This document shows, piece by piece, positions 37,772-47,387 of a DNA stretch of 64,000 nt. The position numbers were made by a program, and so were the translations under genes. The notes below the pieces were generated by a model that did no database searches, was not told the DNA's origin, and saw only the letters and a program-made list of their open reading frames with translations. Origin of the DNA: Dehalococcoidia bacterium (GTDB lineage: Bacteria; Chloroflexota; Dehalococcoidia; SM23-28-2; RBG-16-64-32). Location: positions 99,593-163,592 of the forward strand of contig DAOUMV010000025.1 in NCBI GenBank assembly GCA_034408935.1. The letters run 5' to 3'. Numbering within the stretch: the stretch's first letter is position 1; each line of letters opens with the position of its first letter.

Positions 37772-40700
37772 GCGGACTCGCTGAGCGCCTGCTCGCGCAG
37801 CCCGCTGTCCGCCGTCCCCTCAGCCTGGAGCTGCGCCTCACCTGGGAGGCGGTGGCCTACGCCTCCCTCGTCGTCATCGGCGCTGGCATCCGCTTCTGGG
37901 ATCTGGGTGCCCGCGCCCTACACCACGACGAGAGTCTGCACGGCTTCTACGCCTATGATCTGTTCCGGGGCAACGGCTACGAGCACGATCCCCTTCTGCA
38001 CGGCCCCTTCCAGTTCTTCGGCACGGCGTTAACATACTTCCTCAGCGGCGGCGCCAGCGACTACACAGTGCGCATCCTCCCCGCCCTGTTCGGCCTGGCC
38101 CTCATCATCCTGCCCTTCTTCTTCCGCCACCGCTTGGGCCGGCTGGGGGCGCTGATAGCCTCAGGTCTCATCGCCTTCTCTCCCACCCTGCTGTACTTCA
38201 GCCGCTTCGCCCGCAACGATATCTATGTGGCCGTGTTCACCCTGGGTATCGTCATCTCCGTATGGCGCTACATCGACGAACGAAGGCCCCTGTTCCTCTA
38301 TCTCGCCGCCGGCCTACTGGGCCTGAGCTTCGCAACCAAAGAAAACACCTTCATCAACGTCGCTCTGTTGCTGGTCTTCCTCAACCTGTGGCTGGCCGCA
38401 GACCTGGCCCGGCAGAGCCGCGAGCACGCGCAGGAGCGGCCGAGCACGTTTCCCTTCTATTTCGTGGCTTACCTCCCCTGGGCCTGGGCCATCGCCGCCC
38501 TCTGGCCCCTCATCGGGGGGATGCGCCACCTTCTCGGCCTCAAGGAGCGCCCGGCCGCCAGCGACGTGCTCATCGTCCTGGGGACGCTCTCCCTGCCGCA
38601 GTTCGCGGCGACGGCGCGGCTCCCGCTGGAGTCCCTGGGCTTCGAGCTGGATACGCTGAGCCGGGAACAGTCGCTGGGCGTCCCCATAGTGCTGGTGCTG
38701 CTGGGCGCGACTGTGGCTGTCGGCTTGGGCTGGAACTGGCGTGTGTGGCTAATCGCGGCCGCCGCCTTCTACGTTCCCTACGCCCTCCTATTCACATCCT
38801 TCGGCACGGACAGCAGCGGCTTCGCCAGCGGCATCTGGGACTCCCTGGACTACTGGCTGGCGCAGCACGACGTCCGCCGCGGTGACCAGCCGGAGTTCTA
38901 CTACGTCATGCTCCTGCCCGCGTACGAGTTCCTTGCCCTGGCGTTCGCCGGGCCCGCACTACTCTACTTCACCCTGCGCGGCGGGCCGCGTTCGTGGCTC
39001 CTGACCGCCGTCGCCACAGCCAGCCTGCTCGCCTTCTTCGGCGCCGACAGTTTCTCAACTACCGTCGGCGACATTCGGTTCGTCGGGGAAATCATTGATG
39101 ACCTCCCGCTGATCGGGGCCGGCATCGCAGGGATCAGGATTGAGGACGTGATGACGTTGGCCCTTCCGGTCGCCGCCGTGGCGCTCTACTTCGCGGTCCG
39201 CGGCCCTCCCTTCGAACGTTTCCTGGTGTTCTGGACCGCCGCGGCCATCGTGGGCTACTCCTGGGTGGGCGAGAAGATGCCCTGGCTCAGCGTGCACACC
39301 ACGCTGCCGGTGGTGATCCTGGCCGCCTACTCCTTGGGCAAGCTCCTCTCCAGCCCCAGCGACGTGCGGGCGCGGGTTGCGCCCTACTTGAGGTTCCTCG
39401 CCGCTGCCGCCTTCGCTGCCCTCGCCGTGGGCCTGGGCGTCTTCGCTCCCGAAGACGGAACCGCCGGCGTCCTGCGCCTGGCTGGCATCGCCCTGGCTCT
39501 GGCGGGCATCGTCGGCCTGCTCATGCCGCCAGGGCGGCGGCGCCTAGCCAGCGTCGCCGCCGTCGCCGTCTTTGGCGCCCTGGCCCTGTTCAGCGTGCGG
39601 ACCGCCCTCCTCGCGTCCTTCGGCCACGGGGACTTCCCCAATGAACACGGCGACGTCCCAAGGGAGATGCTGGTCTACACGCAGACCTCCCCCGAGGTGC
39701 CGGACGTCATGGACCGCATCGACGTGATCGCCCGCACCAGCGGCCGCGGCCGCGACCTGCCCGTCATAGTCGATAACTACAACGGCTACACCTGGCCCTG
39801 GGCCTGGTATCTGCGTGATTACACTGACGTCACATTCCAAAACATCGGCGAGGACTTCAGCCCTCCGCAGGACGCTGTCCTGCTCATCGCTCGCGAGAAC
39901 GAGGGCAAGGTGGAGTCCATGCTGAATCGCTATCAGGAGCCGATGCCTTACCGCCTGCGCTGGTGGTTTCCCGAAGCCTACCGGGGCATCAGCCGAGATA
40001 AGGACAACCTGTGGGTGGCGATGCGCGACTTCGGCGAGAGCCTGGCTCGCAGCTATACCTGGGAGAACTGGTGGCGCTTCTTCCGCGACCGAGAGCATCC
40101 ACAGGGGCTGGACTCCGTGTACTCCGCCGCCGTCTGGTCGACAGCGTACTTCCCGCGGATCTACGACCCGGCTGCCGCCCCCGATGTCGAAGGCCGTCTC
40201 ATCATCGGTTGGGGCGGCGATGCGCCGGGCACCTTCAGCGACCCCTCCGGCCTCGCAGTCGACGGCGAGGGCAACCTCTACGTGCTGGACTCCGGCAACG
40301 ACCGCATCCAGAAGTTCTCCCCGGAGGGCGTGTACCTGAAGGCGACCGGGACCAAGGGCGGCGGCGAGGGCGAGTTCAACCAGGCCGCCGACCTGACCCT
40401 GGACGCCCAGGGCAACCTGTACGTCGTCGATACTTGGAACCACCGCGTACAGAAATTCGATGCCGACCTCAACTTTGTCGCTGCGTGGGGCAGGCCGACC
40501 ACAGACCTCCTCACTCCCGGCGGAGATGAGATGTGGGGGCCCCGCTCCATCACCACGGACGACCAAGGCAACGTGTGGGTGGCCGATACCGGCACTCAAC
40601 GCGTCCGCAAGTTCTCCCCAGAGGGCAAGCCCCTGGGGACGCTAGGCGGCTGGGGCACGGGCCCCGGGCAGTTCCGCGAGCCCGTGGGCATAACCTTTGA

Positions 40701-41064
40701 TCCCGCCCTGGGCCATATCCTGGTGGCCGACGCCGGCAACGCCCGCATCCAGCGCATCAGCACCGACCTGCAACCTATCGTCGCCTACCCCATCCGGGAG
40801 TGGGAGGACTTAGACCCCCTCAACAAGCCTGACTTGGCGGCCCTGCCCGACGGCCGCATCCTGGCCAGTGACCCCGCGCATGACCGTATCCTCCTCCTGG
40901 ACAACGCAGGACAGGTGATGGTCGCCCTGAGCTCGGTGGCCGGGACGTCCCTAGCCTTCCCGCATGGCATCGCCTACGACCCCGCACGGCACTTCGTGTT
41001 CGTCTCCGAGGGCACAGAGAACCACGTGCGCCGCTTCCCCCTCAGCGACTTCGCCTTCCGGTAG
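37768..41064 (+). CDS. Polytopic membrane protein (TIGR03663/GT39-like) fused to a C-terminal NHL-repeat beta-propeller
   Basis: N-terminal half LHHDESLHGFYAYDLF..., about 14 TM. The C-terminal third has NHL repeats (GNLYVLDSGNDRIQKF, GNLYVVDTWNHRVQKF, GNVWVADTGTQRVRKF, GHILVADAGNARIQRI). Its start overlaps the stop of paralog 1. Confidence 0.7.
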   Translation: MSGLAERLLAQPAVRRPLSLELRLTWEAVAYASLVVIGAGIRFWDLGARALHHDESLHGFYAYDLFRGNGYEHDPLLHGPFQFFGTALTYFLSGGASDYTVRILPALFGLALIILPFFFRHRLGRLGALIASGLIAFSPTLLYFSRFARNDIYVAVFTLGIVISVWRYIDERRPLFLYLAAGLLGLSFATKENTFINVALLLVFLNLWLAADLARQSREHAQERPSTFPFYFVAYLPWAWAIAALWPLIGGMRHLLGLKERPAASDVLIVLGTLSLPQFAATARLPLESLGFELDTLSREQSLGVPIVLVLLGATVAVGLGWNWRVWLIAAAAFYVPYALLFTSFGTDSSGFASGIWDSLDYWLAQHDVRRGDQPEFYYVMLLPAYEFLALAFAGPALLYFTLRGGPRSWLLTAVATASLLAFFGADSFSTTVGDIRFVGEIIDDLPLIGAGIAGIRIEDVMTLALPVAAVALYFAVRGPPFERFLVFWTAAAIVGYSWVGEKMPWLSVHTTLPVVILAAYSLGKLLSSPSDVRARVAPYLRFLAAAAFAALAVGLGVFAPEDGTAGVLRLAGIALALAGIVGLLMPPGRRRLASVAAVAVFGALALFSVRTALLASFGHGDFPNEHGDVPREMLVYTQTSPEVPDVMDRIDVIARTSGRGRDLPVIVDNYNGYTWPWAWYLRDYTDVTFQNIGEDFSPPQDAVLLIARENEGKVESMLNRYQEPMPYRLRWWFPEAYRGISRDKDNLWVAMRDFGESLARSYTWENWWRFFRDREHPQGLDSVYSAAVWSTAYFPRIYDPAAAPDVEGRLIIGWGGDAPGTFSDPSGLAVDGEGNLYVLDSGNDRIQKFSPEGVYLKATGTKGGGEGEFNQAADLTLDAQGNLYVVDTWNHRVQKFDADLNFVAAWGRPTTDLLTPGGDEMWGPRSITTDDQGNVWVADTGTQRVRKFSPEGKPLGTLGGWGTGPGQFREPVGITFDPALGHILVADAGNARIQRISTDLQPIVAYPIREWEDLDPLNKPDLAALPDGRILASDPAHDRILLLDNAGQVMVALSSVAGTSLAFPHGIAYDPARHFVFVSEGTENHVRRFPLSDFAFR

Positions 41065-41199
41065 GCGGGCTGCGGGACTGAGCGTCAGGGTCGTCGTCAA
41101 TCTTGCCCCTGCTGGAGCGCCCCGTGTATCATGTGTGAAGCCTGACACAAACTCCATTCGCAATCCCAGGCTGGAGTCACTAGGAACCGCATTCGGGAT

Positions 41200-41769
41200 A
41201 TGACCAAGATCACCGCCGGGCCGGCGCACTCGTCCCGCTACACTGTTGTCGAACCTCTCGCCGACCTGGCGGCCAAGGTACTGGATCTGGTCGACGACCT
41301 CTCGGCCGACAGTGCCGATTTCTTGACTGCCTGCCACCGTATCCAGCATGAGTACGGCTATGTTCCGGCTGAAGCGATCCCCGTCCTCGCCGCCAAGTTC
41401 CGCACGACTCCGGCGATGCTCTACGGAGCTCTCGACTTCTATTCGGAGATACGTACCATCCCGCCCGCCCGGACCACGGTGGAGTGGTGCAGCGGGCCGG
41501 CCTGCCTGCTCAAAGGCGCCGTGAACATCCGCCGCGCCCTGGAAGCCGTCTTCGGTTGCCGCATGAACGAGAACACAGAGGACGGCGCCCTTGGCCTCCG
41601 CCTCGTCCAGTGCGACGGCACCTGCTACCTGGCACCTCTGGTGCGACTCGACGGCCGCTACGTCGGCCCCCTGTCCGTTAGCGACGCGATAAAGCTGGCC
41701 CGCGAGATCAAAGGCGAGGCTCCGTCGGAGGCCGAGCCTGTGAGCGAGCCGAAGGAAGGGGAGTCGTAG
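41200..41769 (+). CDS. NuoE/HoxE-like [2Fe-2S] thioredoxin-fold subunit
   Basis: Cys ligands CSGPAC ... CDGTC in the NuoE arrangement. Confidence 0.8.
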   Translation: MTKITAGPAHSSRYTVVEPLADLAAKVLDLVDDLSADSADFLTACHRIQHEYGYVPAEAIPVLAAKFRTTPAMLYGALDFYSEIRTIPPARTTVEWCSGPACLLKGAVNIRRALEAVFGCRMNENTEDGALGLRLVQCDGTCYLAPLVRLDGRYVGPLSVSDAIKLAREIKGEAPSEAEPVSEPKEGES

Positions 41770-41801
41770 CCAGCGGCAGCCGCCGACTGGCTATCGATCA
41801 C

Positions 41802-43658
41802 ATGCCCACCTACGAGGAACTCAGGTCGCAGGTCGAGGAGTCCTGGCGGCGCCTTGTCGAGCCGCAGCGCCCCCTCATCAAGGTGGGCCTAACCACGTGC
41901 TCCCGCGCGGCCGGCGCCGAGCAGACGCTGGATACCATCCGCAAGGAGGTGGCCGACCGCAACCTGGAGGCGGATGTCATGGTCACCGGCTGCTGGGGCC
42001 TCTGCTATGCAGAGCCCATCGTAGAGGTGGCGCGTCCAGGGAAGCCCGCCGTCCTCTACGGCAGGGTCACCGCGGACAAGGTGCCACAGCTCATCGAGCA
42101 AGCCGTGGCCGCCGACGGCATCGCTTCCGAACTCGCCCTCGCCGTCCTGGCGGAGGAACCGTTGGACGGCGTGCAGCCGCTGGGCTCCCTGGAGTTCTTC
42201 GGACTTCAGGTGCGCCGACTGATGGACAACTGCGGCATCATCGATCCGGAGGAGATCGATCACTATATCGCTCGCGGCGGCTACGAGGGGCTGGCGAAGG
42301 CCCTGGGCATGACCGATGAGCAGGTCATCAGCGAGGTGTCGGAGTCGGGCCTGTGGGGGCGCGGCGGCGCCGGTTTCCCCACCGGGCGCAAGTGGGACTT
42401 CCTGCGCACCGCCCAGAACACGCCCAAGTACATGATCTGCAACGCCGATGAGGGCGACCCCGGCTCCTTCGTCAACCGCAACCTCATGGAGAGCAACCCC
42501 CATCTCATCATCGAGGGGATAATCATCGGCGGCCACGCCACCGGCGCCTCCCGCGGATTCATCTACATTCGGGAGGAGTATCCGCTACCGGCGGAGCGCA
42601 TGGAGACGGCGATCGAGCAGGCGCGCGAGCGGGGGCTCCTGGGCGACAACGTCCTCGGCTCCGGGTTCGCCTTCGACATGGAGGTCGTGCGCGGGGCCGG
42701 CAGCTACGTCTGCGGTGAGGAGACCGGCCTTATCTCCTCAGTGGAGGGCTCACGCGGCATGCCCAAGCTCCGGCCGCCCTTCCCCGCCCAGGCCGGTGTC
42801 TTCGGCAAGCCCTCCAACGTCAACAATGTTGAGTCCTATGCCAGCGTCCCCTTGATCCTGCGCCACGGCGCCGAGTGGTACGCCTCCGTGGGCACGGAGA
42901 AGAACAAGGGGACGAAGATGTTCTCGCCGTCCGGCCAGGTGCAGCGGGTGGGCATCCTGGAGGTGCCGTTCGGCACCCCCATGAGCGACGTGGTGATGGG
43001 CGCCGCGGGCGGGCCGCCGGAGGGCCGCACCCTCAAGGCCGTGCAGCCCGGCGGGCCCCTCTCCGGCATCGTCCCTGCCAGCGACGTCGGCATCGGGCTG
43101 GAGCCCGACCCCTTCCGCGAGCGCGGGATGCTCATGGGCTCCGGCGGCCTGGTGACGCTGGACGACTCCAACTGCATAGTCGACCTGGCCATCTACTTCG
43201 AGTGGTTCGCCGAGGACGAGTCCTGCGGCCGCTGCACCACCTGCTTTGCCGGCACCCGCCGCCTGCTGGAGATCCTGCGGCGCATCGCCGCCGGCCGCGG
43301 CCGCAGCTCCGACCCCGAGATCATGCGCCTCCTGGGCGACACGATGCGCTACGCCAACTGCGCTCACGGTCAGGCCGCCCCCACCGCCGTCATGTCGATG
43401 CTCCGCTTCTTCGAGGACGAGCTCAACGAGCACCTGCACAACAGGCGCTGCCCCGCCAAGGTCTGTCGCGACCTCGTGCGCTACGAAGTGATCCACCACT
43501 CAGACGAGCTGCCGCTGGCGGAGGGAGTGTGCCCCACCCAGGCCGTGGTGCGCGATAACGGGAGATACCGCATCGACCAGGGGAAGTGCGTGAAGTGCGA
43601 CGCCTGCCGGGAGCAGGCCCCTTACGCCATCGCCATGGTGGACGCCTTCGGGCCGTAG
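41802..43658 (+). CDS. NuoF/HoxF-like NAD(H)-binding FMN subunit with an extra N-terminal 2Fe-2S domain and C-terminal 4Fe-4S clusters
   Basis: GRGGAGFPTGRKW (FMN/NADH site), CNADEGDPGSF, CGRCTTC and CVKCDAC cluster motifs. At 618 aa it is typical of the diaphorase subunit of bidirectional hydrogenases or formate dehydrogenases. Confidence 0.8.
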   Translation: MPTYEELRSQVEESWRRLVEPQRPLIKVGLTTCSRAAGAEQTLDTIRKEVADRNLEADVMVTGCWGLCYAEPIVEVARPGKPAVLYGRVTADKVPQLIEQAVAADGIASELALAVLAEEPLDGVQPLGSLEFFGLQVRRLMDNCGIIDPEEIDHYIARGGYEGLAKALGMTDEQVISEVSESGLWGRGGAGFPTGRKWDFLRTAQNTPKYMICNADEGDPGSFVNRNLMESNPHLIIEGIIIGGHATGASRGFIYIREEYPLPAERMETAIEQARERGLLGDNVLGSGFAFDMEVVRGAGSYVCGEETGLISSVEGSRGMPKLRPPFPAQAGVFGKPSNVNNVESYASVPLILRHGAEWYASVGTEKNKGTKMFSPSGQVQRVGILEVPFGTPMSDVVMGAAGGPPEGRTLKAVQPGGPLSGIVPASDVGIGLEPDPFRERGMLMGSGGLVTLDDSNCIVDLAIYFEWFAEDESCGRCTTCFAGTRRLLEILRRIAAGRGRSSDPEIMRLLGDTMRYANCAHGQAAPTAVMSMLRFFEDELNEHLHNRRCPAKVCRDLVRYEVIHHSDELPLAEGVCPTQAVVRDNGRYRIDQGKCVKCDACREQAPYAIAMVDAFGP

Positions 43659-43699
43659 GGCGTCAGCACAAGTAGCAGAAATTGCGTAGTCGAAGTCCC

Positions 43700-43727
43700 T
43701 TGACAAGTTTCTCAATTTAACTATAAT
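43700..43727 (+). promoter_or_regulatory. Near-consensus sigma-70 promoter (TTGACA, 16 nt, TATAAT) driving a leader of about 280 nt
   Basis: TTGACA 43700-43705 and TATAAT 43722-43727. Downstream in the leader there is a perfect inverted repeat AGGCCTCGGTG/CACCGAGGCCT (about 43868-43900). An AAAGGAG RBS precedes the ATG at 44011. Confidence 0.6.
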
Positions 43728-44010
43728 ACAGACACCGCGAGAGGGGTGTGACGCTTTGCGGCAAATTCCCTTTCCCCTTCGCTTTCGAACGCTGGGCCTA
43801 TCGTGTGCAGGTAGGGCTCGGCGTTGTTGCGTTCTAAAGGAGGTGATAGGCGCTACATACGGAACATAAAGAGAGGCCTCGGTGTTGTGCGCACCGAGGC
43901 CTGGAGCTAAGGAATGCGGGCGCACACCCTAGCCTTTTGCATTCTAGCGGGGCGGGCGTCCGGATGACAACGGGTCAACGGTTAGGAAGTAGTTAGAAAG
44001 GAGTGCGGCG

Positions 44011-45981
44011 ATGCAGTACTTGCCACGTGCGATTACTTCTCTGGTGGCCCAGGGTGCCGTAGGGGGAGTAACCACACGAATTCTTCGAGGAATGAGGGCG
44101 TTAGTTGCGTTGGGAATACTCGTGGGCGTGAGCTTGCTTGCTGCGTATTCAGCGAGTGCGGACACGACTACCAATATCGGGGCGCGCACCTTTACCGAGG
44201 GCAGCAACATATGGGGAAATACCAACATGGTACCCTCCAAAGGTTTCGCCCAATCGTTCACGCTAACGTCATCAGGCGTCTTCACGGGCTTCGATCTCGT
44301 CATGCAGTATGGGAGTGGCGACGTAAGCATCGTGCACACATTTGAATGGGAGGTGCGCGACCTCACTGGCTCAGGATTGCCCGGTACAGTGCTTCGATCT
44401 GGGGACTTCACCCTCACGATGTGGCAGGCGAACGGACCTACCCCCATCCACGTCGATCTCATCACCCCGATCTCTCCTGTCACGAGTGGCGAGAAGTACG
44501 CGATCGCGCTCAAGAGGGTCCTTCCTAATCCTACCCCGGATACGTTCTTCTGGACCTTTGGCGAGGACCCCCCAACCCAAAATGGATTGCGGCCTAATCC
44601 CTACGATGACGGCGAAGCCTTCGAGGAAAACTCGCCTGATATCTGGACAGCCATGGATCCGCCGCAGGACTTCCGCATGACGGTCCACGTTAAACAATGC
44701 GTCCAGGCGCCGCCCAACATAGACCACTGGTGGCCCTTCGATGAGACCGCAGGCCTATCGGCGGCTGATATTATCGGTTTGCGCAACGGCAACACCAAAC
44801 CTGGGGCGATTGGCCTCCCTGGAAATCCCGCTTCGGTGCCCGGGAAGGTAGGCAATGCGTTCCAGTTTGATGGCAGCTCAGCTTTTGTGGAAGTCCCTGA
44901 CGGGCCTGGTATCCTTAGCTACGGAAACCCTGGGCAGGAATTTTCGATAGACGCCTGGATCAAAGTCAAGCCCGAAGATAAATCAGGTATTCTCCCTATT
45001 GTTGACAAACGAAACGAAATAGGAGGTAAAGTAGCGGGATACGAACTCTTCCTCTATGAGGGCAACCTGGGCTTCCAGTTGGCAGACGCATCAGTCAGCA
45101 ATCACGATTGCGACGGTAATCCCACTTCCGCTCCTTCCCCTACCACTTCTTGCACAAACTACGTATCTAATGCCAATGTTGCCGATGGGCTGTGGCATCA
45201 TGTAGCGGTGACAGTCGAAAGGACGGGGACATCACCTAGGGTCAGGCTCTACGTGGACGGTGCTCTCAAATTGACTGGACCGACTAGAATCCACGCGAAC
45301 AACAGCGCGGCTCTACTGATGGGGAAGAACAACCCGGCTGTCTACGCTAGTGGGCAAATCTTCAAGGGTTTGATTGACGAGTTGGAGATCTTCGGCCGCG
45401 CTCTCCCTCAGTCGGATCTCCTGTCAATCGTCAACGCCGACATCGCTGGTAAATGCAAGCCCGTGGTAAAGGACATTCACAAATATTGCATATCGGGTAC
45501 GTCTACAGGGGTCGGTTGGACATGGACAGTGATAATTGGATCAAGTGTATACAGCGGGGTTGTGCTGAACGGAGCTGTCCCCCCCGGAGGCACTGCCGTC
45601 GACCTTGCCTTTAGGTGGGTAGACAGTATGATCGTCGGGGGGGTGAATGACGTGGGGGTACCACCCAGTCAATTTTCAGAACCCCAGGCGAACTGCTTCC
45701 AAATCCCGGGGTTGCACACCCTCACAGTGGATAGCTGCACCGTCACCCATAATCCAAGCGGGTGCAGCTTCAATCCTACGGTGCATGACGTTACAAATGT
45801 CGGCGGCACGACGGAACTGCTTGTTGGCCGCTCGGACACGCCTGACACGCCTGGCAGCGCCGCGGACTCGTCCGGCGGTTCGTCGTTCCACTACGCCGCG
45901 CTTGCTGGCTCGGCGGCAGCGGCTGCGGCCGCGATGGGCGCGTGGTACGTGAGGCGGCGGTTCCGCCAGAGGCGGATCTGA
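44011..45981 (+). CDS. Secreted surface protein with a LamG/concanavalin-A-like lectin domain and a hydrophobic-basic C-terminal anchor-like tail; lower GC
   Basis: N-terminal signal peptide. The LamG-like region (DGSSAFVEVPDGPG ... LWHHVAVTVERTG ... LYVDGAL ... GLIDELEIFGRAL) follows the pattern of laminin G / pentraxin-like jellyrolls. The C-terminus is ALAGSAAAAAAAMGAWYVRRRFRQRRI. GC is about 52%. Confidence 0.65.
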   Translation: MQYLPRAITSLVAQGAVGGVTTRILRGMRALVALGILVGVSLLAAYSASADTTTNIGARTFTEGSNIWGNTNMVPSKGFAQSFTLTSSGVFTGFDLVMQYGSGDVSIVHTFEWEVRDLTGSGLPGTVLRSGDFTLTMWQANGPTPIHVDLITPISPVTSGEKYAIALKRVLPNPTPDTFFWTFGEDPPTQNGLRPNPYDDGEAFEENSPDIWTAMDPPQDFRMTVHVKQCVQAPPNIDHWWPFDETAGLSAADIIGLRNGNTKPGAIGLPGNPASVPGKVGNAFQFDGSSAFVEVPDGPGILSYGNPGQEFSIDAWIKVKPEDKSGILPIVDKRNEIGGKVAGYELFLYEGNLGFQLADASVSNHDCDGNPTSAPSPTTSCTNYVSNANVADGLWHHVAVTVERTGTSPRVRLYVDGALKLTGPTRIHANNSAALLMGKNNPAVYASGQIFKGLIDELEIFGRALPQSDLLSIVNADIAGKCKPVVKDIHKYCISGTSTGVGWTWTVIIGSSVYSGVVLNGAVPPGGTAVDLAFRWVDSMIVGGVNDVGVPPSQFSEPQANCFQIPGLHTLTVDSCTVTHNPSGCSFNPTVHDVTNVGGTTELLVGRSDTPDTPGSAADSSGGSSFHYAALAGSAAAAAAAMGAWYVRRRFRQRRI

Positions 45982-46067
45982 TGAGGCTGCGGTAGCGCCT
46001 GTCAACCGGCCATAGCGTTCGTTTGTGCGGCCGCCGGTGGAACTCCACTGGCGGTCGCATTTTCGTT

Positions 46068-46096
46068 GACGGTCAGATAGGCGCGTGCTACAATCG
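46068..46096 (+). promoter_or_regulatory. Promoter (TTGACG, 17 nt, TACAAT) with a structured leader of about 95 nt
   Basis: The leader contains the stem GAGGGCCG (46123-46130) / CGGCCCTC (46163-46170) enclosing GCCCAGCGGUGAGAGGGCAG. It precedes the small ORF and the two half-size MetE genes. Confidence 0.5.
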
Positions 46097-46192
46097 CCGG
46101 TGCTCAAGCAGCAGGCGAGACAGTTGACGAGGGCCGTTGTAGCCCAGCGGTGAGAGGGCAGCGGCCCTCGCGCCGCGATAGAGGTGGTGCAC

Positions 46193-46387
46193 ATGCGCGG
46201 TAGCTGGTTCCGTTTCGGGTTCGCGCCTCCCTTCGGCTTCTGGTTCCGCAGCGCCTGGCGCTTCCCTCGCCGCCAGGAGTACCTGCGAATGCTGGAGGAG
46301 TACCGCGATGAGCTGCAAGAGGAGCTGAACGAAGTGAAGGCGGAGATCGAGCGGCTGAAGAAGGCTGGCGAAGAAGAGAAGGACTAG
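46193..46387 (+). CDS. Small DUF5320-like protein (aromatic/Gly N-terminus plus coiled coil)
   Basis: MRGSWFRFGFAPPFGFWFRSAWRF followed by EEYRDELQEELNEVKAEIERLKKAGEEEKD. AGGTGG RBS 5 nt upstream. Confidence 0.45.
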   Translation: MRGSWFRFGFAPPFGFWFRSAWRFPRRQEYLRMLEEYRDELQEELNEVKAEIERLKKAGEEEKD

Positions 46388-46401
46388 AGGATAGACTGAG
46401 G

Positions 46402-47379
46402 ATGCGCACTACCGCCGTGGGCCACTATCCGAAGATACCCAACCGGCCGCGACCTGCCCGCCTTCGTCGGGCGATCGCCCGGCTCGATCGCGGGGAGATC
46501 ACCGTCGAGGAGCTAGCGCAGGTACAGGACGAGGTGACGATCGAGGTCATCGCCGAGCAGGTGGAGGCGGGCCTCGACATCATCACCGACGGCCAGATCC
46601 GCTGGGACGACGACCAAACGTACATCGCGCGGCGGCTGGAAGGGTTCGACATCGGAGGACTCATCCGCTACTTCGATACGAACACGTACTACCGCCAGCC
46701 CAACGTCGTTGGGCCTGTGCGCTGGCGGGAACCGATCCTGGTCCGCGACTACGAGTTCGCCGCCCGCCACAGCGAGAAGCCGGTCAAGGCGCTTATCACC
46801 GGCCCCTACACCCTGGCTGTTCTCTCCTCCGATTCTCACTACGGCGATCGCCGTCGGCTGGTGCTGGACCTGGCGGAGGCGCTCCGCCAGGAGGCACTGG
46901 CCCTGGCCGCCGCCAGCGCGACGGTGATCCAGATCAACGAGCCGGCCATCCTCCGGCACAAGGAGGATGCCCCCCTGCTCCAGGAAGCGGTCGCCACGAT
47001 TCTCGAGGGCGTTGATGTGGAGACGGCGCTCTACACCTGGTTCGGCGACGCCAACGGCATGCTGCCGCAGTTCATGGAGCTGCCCGTGGACGTCATCGGC
47101 CTCGACTTCGCTTGGGGGCCGCGCAACTGGGAGGCGCTGAAGCGCACCGTGTTCACCAAGACGCTAGGGTTCGGCATCGTGGACGCTCGCAACACCAAGA
47201 TGGAGTCCGTGGAAGACCTCGTACAACAGATACGGCGGGTCGGCGAGTTCATTCCCGCCGAGCGCCTGTACGTAAACCCCTCCTGCGGCCTGGAGTACCT
47301 GCCGCGGGAGGCGGCGTTCGACAAGCTGAAGCGCCTGGTCGAGGGCGTGCGGGCAGCCGGGATAGGCGCCGAAGTCTAG
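46402..47379 (+). CDS. Half-size cobalamin-independent methionine synthase (MetE-like, N-terminal-half type)
   Basis: 325-aa MetE/UROD-fold protein (HYPKIP ... DGQIRWDD ... NPSCGL). It lacks the His-x-Cys zinc motif present in the next gene. Confidence 0.7.
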   Translation: MRTTAVGHYPKIPNRPRPARLRRAIARLDRGEITVEELAQVQDEVTIEVIAEQVEAGLDIITDGQIRWDDDQTYIARRLEGFDIGGLIRYFDTNTYYRQPNVVGPVRWREPILVRDYEFAARHSEKPVKALITGPYTLAVLSSDSHYGDRRRLVLDLAEALRQEALALAAASATVIQINEPAILRHKEDAPLLQEAVATILEGVDVETALYTWFGDANGMLPQFMELPVDVIGLDFAWGPRNWEALKRTVFTKTLGFGIVDARNTKMESVEDLVQQIRRVGEFIPAERLYVNPSCGLEYLPREAAFDKLKRLVEGVRAAGIGAEV

Positions 47380-47387
47380 GGAGAGGG

